A stretch of DNA of 64,000 nucleotides from an uncultured Chthonomonadaceae bacterium (lineage in GTDB: Bacteria > Armatimonadota > Chthonomonadetes > Chthonomonadales > Chthonomonadaceae). The notes under the pieces were generated by a model that was not told the origin of the DNA, searched no databases, and was given only the letters and a program-made list of their open reading frames with translations. Positions 41,710-51,308 of this stretch are shown piece by piece (the first letter of the stretch is position 1; every line of letters starts with the position of its first letter). The position numbers and the translations under genes are program-made. The stretch lies in contig CAWFQB010000005.1 in NCBI GenBank assembly GCA_963817895.1, positions 845,858 through 909,857 on the forward strand, in the 5' to 3' direction.

Positions 41710-42984
41710 CTAACCTGTCGCGCTTGGTATTTCCAGTTCCGCCGTTCCCACATGCGTTGGCTCGCCATGGGGTTCACGGAAAGTTACCATGTACGCGAAA
41801 GCGCAGATCAGGGTTGTGACGGCAGGCAGAATAAACACCGGAACCCAATCTGTCGTGCCGTTCGTCGTGAAATGCTGCTGAACCATACCGCTGAAGTAGC
41901 TTCCCAACACGTTTCCAATGCCCAGCGTGGTAAACGTCAACAGACTCTGCGCACTGCCGCGAACATCTTTAGGCGCAACGCGGTCTACGTAAAGCTGCTG
42001 CACCACCAGTACGAAAGCATAGCCAAATCCGTGCAGGCCAAGCGACAATACCACCAGCACGATAGGCTTGCCGATGGCAAAAATGATGTAACGCAACGGC
42101 CACGCGAAACTTCCCACCAGCAGACACCAGCGCATCCCTTTTTTGGGCAGCAGTAGGGGCAACAGTACGCCCAATGCAACAAGTTCCGTGATCTGGCTGA
42201 TGCTTTTCACAATCGGGATCAGGTTGTGCGGAATAGCCTTGCTTTCAAGAAATTGCGCCGACAGGCCGTAGAAGAACATGAACTCCGTTGCGGCAAAAAA
42301 CGAGATCGCCATGAACACGCCAAACCCCGGCACGGTCTTGAACAGCGCGGTCGCTCTGCGGAAAGCAAGCGGGTCTTCGCGCTTCTCCTTTGAGGGCGGC
42401 GTATTGGGCAGGAAGAACGAGAACACGCCCATTAAAACGCCGAAGATGGCAGTCAGTTGCAGTTCGGGAATCGGCCCCGATACCGCTTTGGCGTCCGCAT
42501 GGCTCAGTTGCAAAAATTCCACAAGGACAAAGGCTGCGGCAATCCATCCCAATGTGCCTGCCGTGCGTATCAGCGAAAAGTCGCGTTCACGGCTCGGCTC
42601 ATCGCCGCCCATTTTTTCGATCTGCTGAAAGGCGACCGAGTTGGTAATTCCCAGACTGGGCGCGAACAGCACCGCCCAGATAAGCATCCACATCCACAGC
42701 CCCTGATCCGTTGTTTGCAGCGACATGATGTAGGCCGCGCCCGCCGCGAGCAGATGCGAAATGCCCAAAAACACCTGCGACGCCATAAAGCGGTCTACAA
42801 GCTGTCCGCCGAGGAAGGGAGAAATAACGCAGCCAAGCCAGAACGCGCCGTAAATACCCCCCACATGCGCGGGAGAGACATGGCGGTTAATCAGGGTTGC
42901 GCTGAGAATGGGCATCCACGATCCCCATGCCGCATAGTTCAAAAACATCATGGCGGCCAGAAGCCATTTTGCGCGAGATTGCAT
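41710..42984 (-). CDS. MFS nucleoside:H+ symporter (NupG-like)
   Basis: WGSW, IRTAGTLGWI, LPNTPP, SISQITE, LGLHG. Confidence 0.88.
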   Translation of the reverse strand: MQSRAKWLLAAMMFLNYAAWGSWMPILSATLINRHVSPAHVGGIYGAFWLGCVISPFLGGQLVDRFMASQVFLGISHLLAAGAAYIMSLQTTDQGLWMWMLIWAVLFAPSLGITNSVAFQQIEKMGGDEPSRERDFSLIRTAGTLGWIAAAFVLVEFLQLSHADAKAVSGPIPELQLTAIFGVLMGVFSFFLPNTPPSKEKREDPLAFRRATALFKTVPGFGVFMAISFFAATEFMFFYGLSAQFLESKAIPHNLIPIVKSISQITELVALGVLLPLLLPKKGMRWCLLVGSFAWPLRYIIFAIGKPIVLVVLSLGLHGFGYAFVLVVQQLYVDRVAPKDVRGSAQSLLTFTTLGIGNVLGSYFSGMVQQHFTTNGTTDWVPVFILPAVTTLICAFAYMVTFREPHGEPTHVGTAELEIPSATG

Positions 42985-43174
42985 GACAACACTCCTTACG
43001 ACCCGCGCGAAAGACAATTGGCTTGAACGCAGTCGGAAATCGGCAGGAAGACACAACGGGAACGTTCAAGCGGCGCGGGTGTTTCACGCTGATTCTACAC
43101 TGCCCTGCCATGTTCCTGCGCGAACTTTCTCCTTTTTGTCAGGCGCATCCCGCCCGCGCAAGGTATAATCAGAT

Positions 43175-44896
43175 ATGCTACGTCAATTTTTCGCGTATTA
43201 TCGGCCTCACCGCCGCCTGTTTGTGCTTGATTTCTCGTGCGCCGTGATTTCGGGACTTTTGGAACTGGCGTTTCCGCTTGCCGTCCGAACGTTCGTGGAT
43301 AGATTGCTGCCGAGCCAGAACTGGAGTCTGATCCTGAGCGCGGCCATCGGCCTGCTCGTTATCTATCTGCTGAACACGGGCTTGCAGTATATCGTCAACT
43401 ACTGGGGGCATGTGCTGGGCATCGCCATTGAAACCGAGATGCGGCGCAAGATTTTCGACCATCTGCAAAAACTCTCGTTTCGCTTCTACGATAACCAGAA
43501 GACCGGCCATTTAGTCGCCCGCGTCACCAAAGATTTGGAAGAGGTCGGCGAAGTGGCGCATCATGGCCCGGAAGACGCTTTTATTGCCGTGATGACCTTT
43601 CTCGGCTCGTTCTTCCTGATGTACGCGCTCAATCCCAAACTCGCGCTGCTTACCGGACTTGTGGTTCCGCCCATGACGTGGATTTCCACGCGGTACGGCG
43701 CGGCCATGACGCGGACATGGCGTTCCCTGTTCAGTCAGGTGGGGAATTTCAATGCGCGGATCGAGGAGAACGTGGGCGGGATTCGCGTGGTGCAGGCGTT
43801 TGCCAATGAAGACCACGAGCGAAGCCTGTTTGCCCACGACAACCTGAAGTACCGCGATACGAAACTGGATGCCTACCGCCTGATGTCCAAAAGCATGTCC
43901 CTGAGTTACATGACCATGCGGATCGTGCAGCTTTTCGTGATGATCGCGGGCGCGTATTTCGTGCTGCATGGACAATTGACAGTGGGCGGCTTTATGGGCT
44001 TTCTGCTGCTCGTGAACGTGTTCTTCCGGCCTGTGGAAAAAATCAACGCCGTGCTGGAAACGTATCCCAAAGGCATTGCGGGCTTCAAACGCTATACCGA
44101 GTTGTTGGGAACCGTTCCCGATATTGCCGACGCGCCGGACGCGAAAGACATTGGACACCTGCACGGCGACATTCGCTTTGAGGGCGTCAGTTTCGGCTAC
44201 GAGTCTCATAAAAAGGTGCTGAACGATATTGACCTGGTGATACCGGCGGGAGAAACCGTGGCGTTTGTCGGGCCGAGCGGGGCGGGCAAGACCACGATTT
44301 GTTCGCTCGTGCCGCGCTTTTACGAGATCGAAACGGGCCGAATCACCATTGACGGCATAGACATACGCCAAATGACATTGGCCTCCCTGCGCCGCAACAT
44401 CGGCATCGTGCAGCAGGATGTGTTCCTGTTCGCCGGTTCGATTCGGGACAACATCGCTTACGGGAAACTGGACGCGACCGAACCGGAATTGTGGGAAGCG
44501 GCGCGGCGGGCGCGACTGGACGACATGATTTCGCAGTTGCCCGAAGGATTGGACACGATCATTGGAGAGCGCGGCGTGAAACTCTCCGGCGGGCAGAAAC
44601 AGCGGCTGGCGATTGCGCGTATGTTCCTCAAGAACCCGCCGATTCTGATACTGGATGAGGCCACGTCCGCATTGGACACGGAAACCGAGCGGGCGATACA
44701 GGCGTCGCTGTCGGAACTGGCGGTAGGCCGCACCACCCTCGTTATAGCGCACCGACTGGCGACCATTCAGAACGCCGATAGAATTGTGGTTGTAGATGAA
44801 ACCGGGGTTGCAGAACAGGGATTGCACCGCGATTTGATGTTTGCAGGCGGCGTGTACCAGCGTTTGCACGAGGCGCAGTTTCACGCGATGGCTTAG
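43175..44896 (+). CDS. ABC exporter (fused TMD-NBD)
   Basis: AHHGPED, GPSGAGKT, LSGGQKQR, LDEATSALD. Confidence 0.95.
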   Translation: MLRQFFAYYRPHRRLFVLDFSCAVISGLLELAFPLAVRTFVDRLLPSQNWSLILSAAIGLLVIYLLNTGLQYIVNYWGHVLGIAIETEMRRKIFDHLQKLSFRFYDNQKTGHLVARVTKDLEEVGEVAHHGPEDAFIAVMTFLGSFFLMYALNPKLALLTGLVVPPMTWISTRYGAAMTRTWRSLFSQVGNFNARIEENVGGIRVVQAFANEDHERSLFAHDNLKYRDTKLDAYRLMSKSMSLSYMTMRIVQLFVMIAGAYFVLHGQLTVGGFMGFLLLVNVFFRPVEKINAVLETYPKGIAGFKRYTELLGTVPDIADAPDAKDIGHLHGDIRFEGVSFGYESHKKVLNDIDLVIPAGETVAFVGPSGAGKTTICSLVPRFYEIETGRITIDGIDIRQMTLASLRRNIGIVQQDVFLFAGSIRDNIAYGKLDATEPELWEAARRARLDDMISQLPEGLDTIIGERGVKLSGGQKQRLAIARMFLKNPPILILDEATSALDTETERAIQASLSELAVGRTTLVIAHRLATIQNADRIVVVDETGVAEQGLHRDLMFAGGVYQRLHEAQFHAMA

Positions 44897-44939
44897 AGCC
44901 TTCTGGAACGATTTTTCAAATTAATTATGAAGGAGTCAT

Positions 44940-45314
44940 TTGGTGCAAATACAGCAGGATTTGAAATATGACGGCAATGGATTGATTCCCGCCGTGGTGC
45001 AGGATGCGGCCAATGGCGACGTGCTGATGGTCGGTTATATGAACCAGGAAGCCGTGAAACGGACGCTGGAAACAAAGCGCGTTACTTTTTGGAGTCGTTC
45101 GCGTCAACAATTCTGGGTGAAAGGTGAAACTTCCGGTAACGCGCAGCACGTTATAGAACTCTATGTGGACTGCGATCAGGACTGTCTGCTCGTGAAAGTG
45201 GAACAAGTCGGCGCGGCCTGTCACGAAGGCTACCGTTCCTGCTTCTTTCGCCGCATTGCCCCCGATGGCAACACACTCGAAACCATTGGCGAACCGTTGA
45301 TGAAGAGTTACTAG
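44940..45314 (+). CDS. hisI: Phosphoribosyl-AMP cyclohydrolase
   Basis: [36 protein letters not shown]. Confidence 0.96.
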   Translation: MVQIQQDLKYDGNGLIPAVVQDAANGDVLMVGYMNQEAVKRTLETKRVTFWSRSRQQFWVKGETSGNAQHVIELYVDCDQDCLLVKVEQVGAACHEGYRSCFFRRIAPDGNTLETIGEPLMKSY

Positions 45315-45433
45315 GTTTTAGGGTTCTATGGTTTTAGGGTTTTAGGCTGAAAGTATCTATGTGCAACCTGTAGTAGAAGTGTTGGTCTACTACTACAATC
45401 CTAACCTGAAACCATAGAACCCTAAAACCCTAA
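45314..45433. repeat. Inverted octamer array (TTTTAGGG)n ... (CCCTAAAA)n
   Basis: Arms at 45314-45338 and 45405-45429 share the variant unit TTCTATGG; starts in the hisI stop codon. Confidence 0.88.
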
Positions 45434-45465
45434 CCACCTGTTTTACGAAGGGAACTACCCATAAT

Positions 45466-48400
45466 ATGTCCGCTTTGTCCGCTTTTCGCAGGAAGTTTGG
45501 TTCGCGCCGCCCGCTCGCTGCGGTTGTGGGAATGAGCGCGTTGTTTGGTGTTGGCAGTGTCGGACGGCCCGCGCAGGCCGCCGCGCCGCATTATTCCGAC
45601 ATCCTGCCCCTGAGCAAGATAAAGCCGGGAATGACGGGCTATGGCCTGACCACGTTCAAGGGAACGACCATTTCGCGCTTTGAAGTGACGGTTATCGGCA
45701 TCATGCGCAAGGTCAACAACGGGCATGACCTGATTCTGGTGCGAATGAAGGGCGGCCCGATTACCGAGCGGGGCGCAAACCTCATTCACGGCATGAGCGG
45801 CAGCCCCATCTATATCAACGACAAGTGCATCGGCGCGTTTTCGCAGGGCGAACAGTGGCCCAAAGAACCCATCGGCATGGTCACGCCCATTGAAGACATG
45901 CTGGAAGCCTGGGACCCCGACATCCCGCAAACCCCACCCTATTTCCAGCCCGCCGATAAGCCGCCCACACCCGGCGGCGGCAATCCGTCACCGACGGATA
46001 AGAACAGACCGGGAGACAGGGAGACAGGGAGACAGAGAGAGGGAAAAGGAAAAAAGGAAAAGGATAAAGGGAAAACGGCTCTATCGTCTATCAACTATCA
46101 ACTATCAACTCCTGAAACGATTACTCTGCCTTCGCCGATTACAGTGGGGAACAGGCGGATTAAAACGGTTGTGCTGAACGCCGGTCCGAACAGCAAACTG
46201 GCGAGTCGGTCTGATTGCGCCGTGCTGCACCGGGCGACCACATTCGCGTCCGTCAGTGGCGTGACCGAAAAGGAAGTGGCGCTTTTTCAGAAGGAGTTGG
46301 ACAAGCGCGGGTTTGCCATGACTTTGCAGCAGGCTCCCGTGATGGGCGCGGGCAAGGCTAATATTCCCGCCTCGACGCTGAAGCCGGGTTCCGTATTCGG
46401 CACGTTTCTGTCGTCGGGTGATGTGGAGTTCGGCGCGTTTGGAACCGTGACGTACCGCAAGGGCAACCGTATACTGGGATTCGGGCATCCGTTTATGGGC
46501 ATGGGCGCATTGAACGCGGCTACCACAACCGCATCCGTCGTGGATGTGTTTTCTGGCTTGCAGTCGTCGCATATCATTGCCGAGGCCGGCCCGGTTGTCG
46601 GCACATTTACGCAGGATCGCAACTTTTCCGTTGGCGCGGAATTGGGACGCAAGCCGTTTCAGATTCCGTTTACGATTACCGTCAACGACGAAAGCACGCA
46701 CCGCATCCAAACGTTCCATACGCAGATGTTCCAGCATCCTGACCTGACCGCCGCCCTGATGGGCATGATCGGACAGGCCGCCGTGTCGCGCATCCACAAC
46801 ATGCCGGGTGACATGATGGCGCGCGTGACCACAACGGTCGAGGCGGGCGAGGTGGGCAAAACCACGCGAACCAATCTGCTGTTCGACGCCGATGATATTT
46901 CGCAGGCCGTGACCAAAGACCTGACCGACATTACGGGAATCATCAGCGGCAACCCGTTTTATCCCCTGCCGATCAAAGGCGCGAGCATGACCGTGAACCT
47001 GTACAGCGGGCATAACACGGCTACCATCGAGCGCATTTTCCTCAAGCAGGGACGGTATGAACCGGGGGATACGCTGGACGTTGGCGTTGTGCTGAAACCC
47101 TATCGCCGCGACCCGATTTACAAAAACCTGACGCTGAAAATCCCCTCCGACACGCCAACGGGACGCTACGCCCTTGCCGTGCGCGGCGGCTCGGCAACCG
47201 TGACGCGCATTGGCCCGTTCATTCTGTCCGGGGGTGGGGCGCAGGACACGCAGGCTCCGCCCGTCAACGTGCGGCAGATGCTGGCCCGTTTGAGCGCGCG
47301 GGAAACCAATACCGATATGGTAGCGCGTCTTGTCCTGAACACCGCCGCGCCCGCAATTGAGGGTGAAAAACTGTCGCAACTGCCGCCCAATCTGGCCGTG
47401 CTGATGCGCAGCGACCGCAATTCCGGCGTTCGTATCGAGCGCGACGAAGTGCGAACAACCGCCCCGACGGATTACGTCGTGAGCGGGACGCAGCAGCTTG
47501 TCGTGACCGTCGTGCGCAAGAACACGCAGGAGATACCCGGCCCGGTCACATTCCCAGGTTCGTCCGGCGCTGCTACCTCCACCGGCAGCAGCTCCTCCTC
47601 GTCGCTCCAGAGCGGCAGCAGCAGCGCGTCCGCGCAGGACGATGACGCCAAAGCCACTCCCGACACCGCGAACATGGGTTTATTGCAGTTCGGTAACGAG
47701 ACGCAACGCTGGCTGGACGAACTGACAGGCGCGAAAAGGGTAAATGAGACAACGGCAGAGCAGGACCCACCCGTAAATCCGCTGAAGCCGCCCGTTACCG
47801 ACGACAAAACCAAAACGGACAAGAACGCCAAACCTAAAAACGGCAAGCAGGCAGTTGTGGTTCCGCCTGCGCCTGTGGCTGTCGCGCCCCCTGTTGTGAC
47901 CGGCGACACCAAACCCGCCACCACGCCCAATGACAACGAACCCGTGAAAATCGTCGCCCGCCAACTGCAGGTATGGCGGCAAACGGGCGCGAACGGCTTC
48001 GCGTCCGGCAAGTTCATGGGAACCAGCGTGGCGGCAACCGGGGAACTGCGGCTCGCGTCGCGCCTGCGCCGCCTTGCCACCACAAACGAAACCTACATCT
48101 GGTCAGTGGTCACGGATAATCAGGGCAATGTGTACGCGGGAACCGGCACGACGGGTAAAATCCTCAAAGTGGACGCGAACGGCGGCCTGAAAACCTTCGC
48201 GCAACTGCCCATCGTGTCCGTGCAAAGCCTGTTGTTGGCAAAAGACGGCACGATGTGGGCGGGCAGCAGCGTGAAGGGCCAGTTGTTTCACGTCAAGCAG
48301 GACGGCACGTATACCCTGACCGCAACCCTGCCGGAAAAATACATCCTTGCGCTGGCTGAAGACAGTCAGGGCAATGTGTACGCGGGTCCGGGCGGGGGAG

Positions 48401-50130
48401 GAAACATCTATAAAATTCCCGTCGGCTATTCCGCGCCCGACCCGACCCGCACAGACGCGCTTAAACCGTTTGTGAAAACGCCCGCCGACTACATCACGTC
48501 CATAGCCGTTGACGGCAAGGACAACCTGTATATGGGTACGGGCAGTGAGGGAATCGTTTATCGCATTACGCCGGACGGCAAAAGCAGCGTTCTGTACGAC
48601 GCCAGAGAAAACAGCGTCACCGCGCTTGCCGTAGACAGCAGCGGGATTGTGTACGCGGGAACCGGGCCAAAGGGTATCCTGTACCGTATTACGCCGGACG
48701 GATTGGCGACCGTGGCGTATGACCGCGCCACCAGTTTCTACACGGGCCTGCGCGCGGCGAAAGACGGAACCCTGTACGCCACAACGGTCAATGCCGCGTA
48801 CCATATCTTCCCGTCTACCGCCGACCCGACACATCCGGTTGTTCAGCCCTTAGACAATCCCCGCGACGTGGACTTTCTGACCCTCGGCCTGCTGCCAGAC
48901 AACACGCCGATTATCGGCACGGGCAACATCGGCGAATTGTACACGGCGGCGGGAGAAAACACGCCCAACCCGGATGGCAGGCCAACGGGCGCAGGCACTT
49001 TTGAAAGCGTAATTCATGACGCCAAACTGGTCAGTCAGTGGGGCGCGTTGCGCGTCAACGCGGCACTGACGAATGGCGCGAAAATGGCGGTTGCCACCCG
49101 GACAGGCAATGTGGCGGAACCCGATGCGACATGGAGCGACTGGAAAGCGGCTGCGCCTGTGGGCGGCAACGAGAACCGAATTACCAGTCCGCCCGCCCGG
49201 TTCATCCAGTATCGCCTGACGCTGATTCCCGCGTCGGGTTCATCCGGCGTGTCGGCTGCGAACATGGCGGGAGTGGATGCGCCTTCAGTGCGCGAAGTGA
49301 GTCTCTCGTACATGCCGCGCAATCAGGCTCCCCGCGTGGGCTTCGCGTCCCCACAGGGGGGCGAACGGTGGGCCAAATCGCAGACGGTTCGCTGGCTGGG
49401 ACTGGACCCGGACGGCGACACGCTCAGTTATGAGTTGTACTATTCCAACGACGGCGTAAACTGGAAATCCCTGCCCAACGCGGCAGCGGCTTCCACTTCC
49501 TCCGCTGCTACTCCTGCCGCTGTCGCCGCGTCCGGCGCGAGTGGAAGCGCGGCTGCGCCCGCGCTGTCGCTGGACGAAATTCAGAAGCGATTGGAAGCGC
49601 AGAACGCGCCCGAATCCGTGCGGCGCATGGTGCTGGAATCGGCGCAGCGGCGAATGGCGGCAAATGGGGGAAGCAGTAATGCAGGGGGAATCGGCTCCCG
49701 CGAAACCTCCAAAACGTGGGACACCAAAACCCTGCCCGATGGCGCGTACTGGCTGAAAGTGGTGGCTTCGGATTACGCGAGTAATCCCTCCGACCCACAA
49801 ACGGCGCAGGCGATTTCCGAGCCATTCGTAATCTGTAACAGCCTGCCGCAATTGACCCTGAGCGGAACGCCGTTGCTTGGCGCGGATCGGCGCGTCACCC
49901 TGAGTGGCAGCGCGTCACAGGGTTTGATTACGATTACGGCTGTGCAGTACCGCATAGACGGCGGCGACTGGCTGGCCGCTGTTGCCAGAGACGGCCTGTT
50001 CGACTCTACTAACGAGGGTTTCGGATTGACCACCCTGCCTCTAACACCGGGCAAGCACACCATCGAAGTCGCCGCCTTCAATGCCGCCAACAATAAAGCC
50101 ACCCAAAAAGTCGAGGTCACTGTGCCGTAA
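45466..50130 (+). CDS. Secreted SpoIVB (peptidase S55) - beta-propeller - Ig-like multidomain protein
   Basis: GMSGSP, GFGHPF; repeated D..GNVYAGTG propeller blades; C-terminal YRIDGG..DG.FDS. Confidence 0.88.
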   Translation: MSALSAFRRKFGSRRPLAAVVGMSALFGVGSVGRPAQAAAPHYSDILPLSKIKPGMTGYGLTTFKGTTISRFEVTVIGIMRKVNNGHDLILVRMKGGPITERGANLIHGMSGSPIYINDKCIGAFSQGEQWPKEPIGMVTPIEDMLEAWDPDIPQTPPYFQPADKPPTPGGGNPSPTDKNRPGDRETGRQREGKGKKEKDKGKTALSSINYQLSTPETITLPSPITVGNRRIKTVVLNAGPNSKLASRSDCAVLHRATTFASVSGVTEKEVALFQKELDKRGFAMTLQQAPVMGAGKANIPASTLKPGSVFGTFLSSGDVEFGAFGTVTYRKGNRILGFGHPFMGMGALNAATTTASVVDVFSGLQSSHIIAEAGPVVGTFTQDRNFSVGAELGRKPFQIPFTITVNDESTHRIQTFHTQMFQHPDLTAALMGMIGQAAVSRIHNMPGDMMARVTTTVEAGEVGKTTRTNLLFDADDISQAVTKDLTDITGIISGNPFYPLPIKGASMTVNLYSGHNTATIERIFLKQGRYEPGDTLDVGVVLKPYRRDPIYKNLTLKIPSDTPTGRYALAVRGGSATVTRIGPFILSGGGAQDTQAPPVNVRQMLARLSARETNTDMVARLVLNTAAPAIEGEKLSQLPPNLAVLMRSDRNSGVRIERDEVRTTAPTDYVVSGTQQLVVTVVRKNTQEIPGPVTFPGSSGAATSTGSSSSSSLQSGSSSASAQDDDAKATPDTANMGLLQFGNETQRWLDELTGAKRVNETTAEQDPPVNPLKPPVTDDKTKTDKNAKPKNGKQAVVVPPAPVAVAPPVVTGDTKPATTPNDNEPVKIVARQLQVWRQTGANGFASGKFMGTSVAATGELRLASRLRRLATTNETYIWSVVTDNQGNVYAGTGTTGKILKVDANGGLKTFAQLPIVSVQSLLLAKDGTMWAGSSVKGQLFHVKQDGTYTLTATLPEKYILALAEDSQGNVYAGPGGGGNIYKIPVGYSAPDPTRTDALKPFVKTPADYITSIAVDGKDNLYMGTGSEGIVYRITPDGKSSVLYDARENSVTALAVDSSGIVYAGTGPKGILYRITPDGLATVAYDRATSFYTGLRAAKDGTLYATTVNAAYHIFPSTADPTHPVVQPLDNPRDVDFLTLGLLPDNTPIIGTGNIGELYTAAGENTPNPDGRPTGAGTFESVIHDAKLVSQWGALRVNAALTNGAKMAVATRTGNVAEPDATWSDWKAAAPVGGNENRITSPPARFIQYRLTLIPASGSSGVSAANMAGVDAPSVREVSLSYMPRNQAPRVGFASPQGGERWAKSQTVRWLGLDPDGDTLSYELYYSNDGVNWKSLPNAAAASTSSAATPAAVAASGASGSAAAPALSLDEIQKRLEAQNAPESVRRMVLESAQRRMAANGGSSNAGGIGSRETSKTWDTKTLPDGAYWLKVVASDYASNPSDPQTAQAISEPFVICNSLPQLTLSGTPLLGADRRVTLSGSASQGLITITAVQYRIDGGDWLAAVARDGLFDSTNEGFGLTTLPLTPGKHTIEVAAFNAANNKATQKVEVTVP
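46007..46110. repeat. In-frame compound array (GGGAGACA)x3 - (GGAAAA-type)n - (CTATCAA)x3-4
   Basis: Translated as PGDRETGRQREGKGKKEKDKGK..LSSINYQLST. Confidence 0.88.
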
Positions 50131-50324
50131 CTGGCCCTCAATGGATGGCGTCCACTTGTGGACATACCCCTTCTCCCACAACAGCGTATTTTCAAAGCGA
50201 AGCAGAAACACGCAAGATGGGGGGAAGGGGAACTATTCAACCCGGTGGCGAAAGTTCGCTGCCGGGTTGTTGACTCTGGTATACTATACGTAGATATAAG
50301 TATCAGGAAAGGTTCAGGACGCGA

Positions 50325-50480
50325 ATGGAACTGTTCTCCGGCAGTGACCGGTATCAAGAATTGGTGGAAAAGTTGATGATAAGCGGTTTGAGCGCGGAAG
50401 AGACGCAGGAAATGGAACGGTTGGGGTCACAAATGGATGCGGAAAGCGCGCTTTTTATGATGCGGCGTTACAGCGGATGA
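50325..50480 (+). CDS. Small antitoxin-like hypothetical protein (possibly frameshifted)
   Basis: MELFSGSDRYQELVEKLMISGLSAEETQEMERLG... Confidence 0.35.
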   Translation: MELFSGSDRYQELVEKLMISGLSAEETQEMERLGSQMDAESALFMMRRYSG

Positions 50481-50507
50481 AAATTATGGCGTCCGTGCAA
50501 TAAATTG

Positions 50508-50561
50508 CGCGGCTGTGTCCTTCCCTGCGGGTGGACGCCCGCAGGGAAGGACACAGCCGCG
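50508..50561. repeat. Perfect 24-bp hairpin (REP-like)
   Basis: CGCGGCTGTGTCCTTCCCTGCGGG-N6-CCCGCAGGGAAGGACACAGCCGCG. Confidence 0.8.
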
Positions 50562-50669
50562 TGTTTCAACTCACGGCACTCACAGGGTGCATGTATCTGT
50601 AAATACACGCAACTTCGCGCCGCGCCTCCTGTCCAACAAAGCATAGAAACAAATTATTCATTAAAGCCT

Positions 50670-51308
50670 ATGTCCTTACTGGTTGAATTGGAAAATGTGG
50701 AGCATCGGTTCGGATTGCGGCGCGTGTTTTCGGGCGTGAGTTTGACGGTGCGGACAGGCGAAGTCGGACTGGTGATGGGCGCAAACGGCGCGGGCAAAAG
50801 TACGCTGCTCAAAATCATCGCCGGATTGCTGCCGCCCGCATCGGGAACGGTTCGCGTACAGATGGATGAACGCGATCTGGACGCGCGAACACGGCGGCAA
50901 ATCATCGGCTATGTCGCGCCCGATTTAACTCTGTACCGCGAATTGACCGGCGTGGAAAATCTGGAGTTTTTCGCCCGTTTGCGCGGTGCGCCGCTGAAAC
51001 ATCAGCAGTTGCGCGACGTGTTGGAACTGGTAGGATTGCGAGGGCGGGGGCGCGACCTGGTTGGCGCGTATTCGTCGGGGATGCGGCAGCGATTGAAATA
51101 CGCTTTTGCCTTGATTGGAAACCCGCCCATTCTGCTGCTGGACGAACCAACCGCCAATTTAGATGTAGACGGCATGGCAATGGTGGAGCAGGTCATCGCC
51201 GCGCAGCAAACCCGTCCCGGCGGCGGCTTAACCATTGTCGCCACCAACGAGCCGCGTGAGGAGCAATGGGGAACGGTACAGGTACGATTAGGAAAGGACG
51301 AAGGATGA
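50670..51308 (+). CDS. ccmA: Heme exporter ATPase CcmA
   Basis: GANGAGKST, YSSGMRQR; heads the ccm operon. Confidence 0.9.
   Translation: MSLLVELENVEHRFGLRRVFSGVSLTVRTGEVGLVMGANGAGKSTLLKIIAGLLPPASGTVRVQMDERDLDARTRRQIIGYVAPDLTLYRELTGVENLEFFARLRGAPLKHQQLRDVLELVGLRGRGRDLVGAYSSGMRQRLKYAFALIGNPPILLLDEPTANLDVDGMAMVEQVIAAQQTRPGGGLTIVATNEPREEQWGTVQVRLGKDEG

Noticed and set aside
45314..45433. TTTTAGGG as eukaryotic telomere contamination
   Set aside because: Only 3-4 degenerate units, embedded between bacterial genes and following the same pattern as the other arrays.
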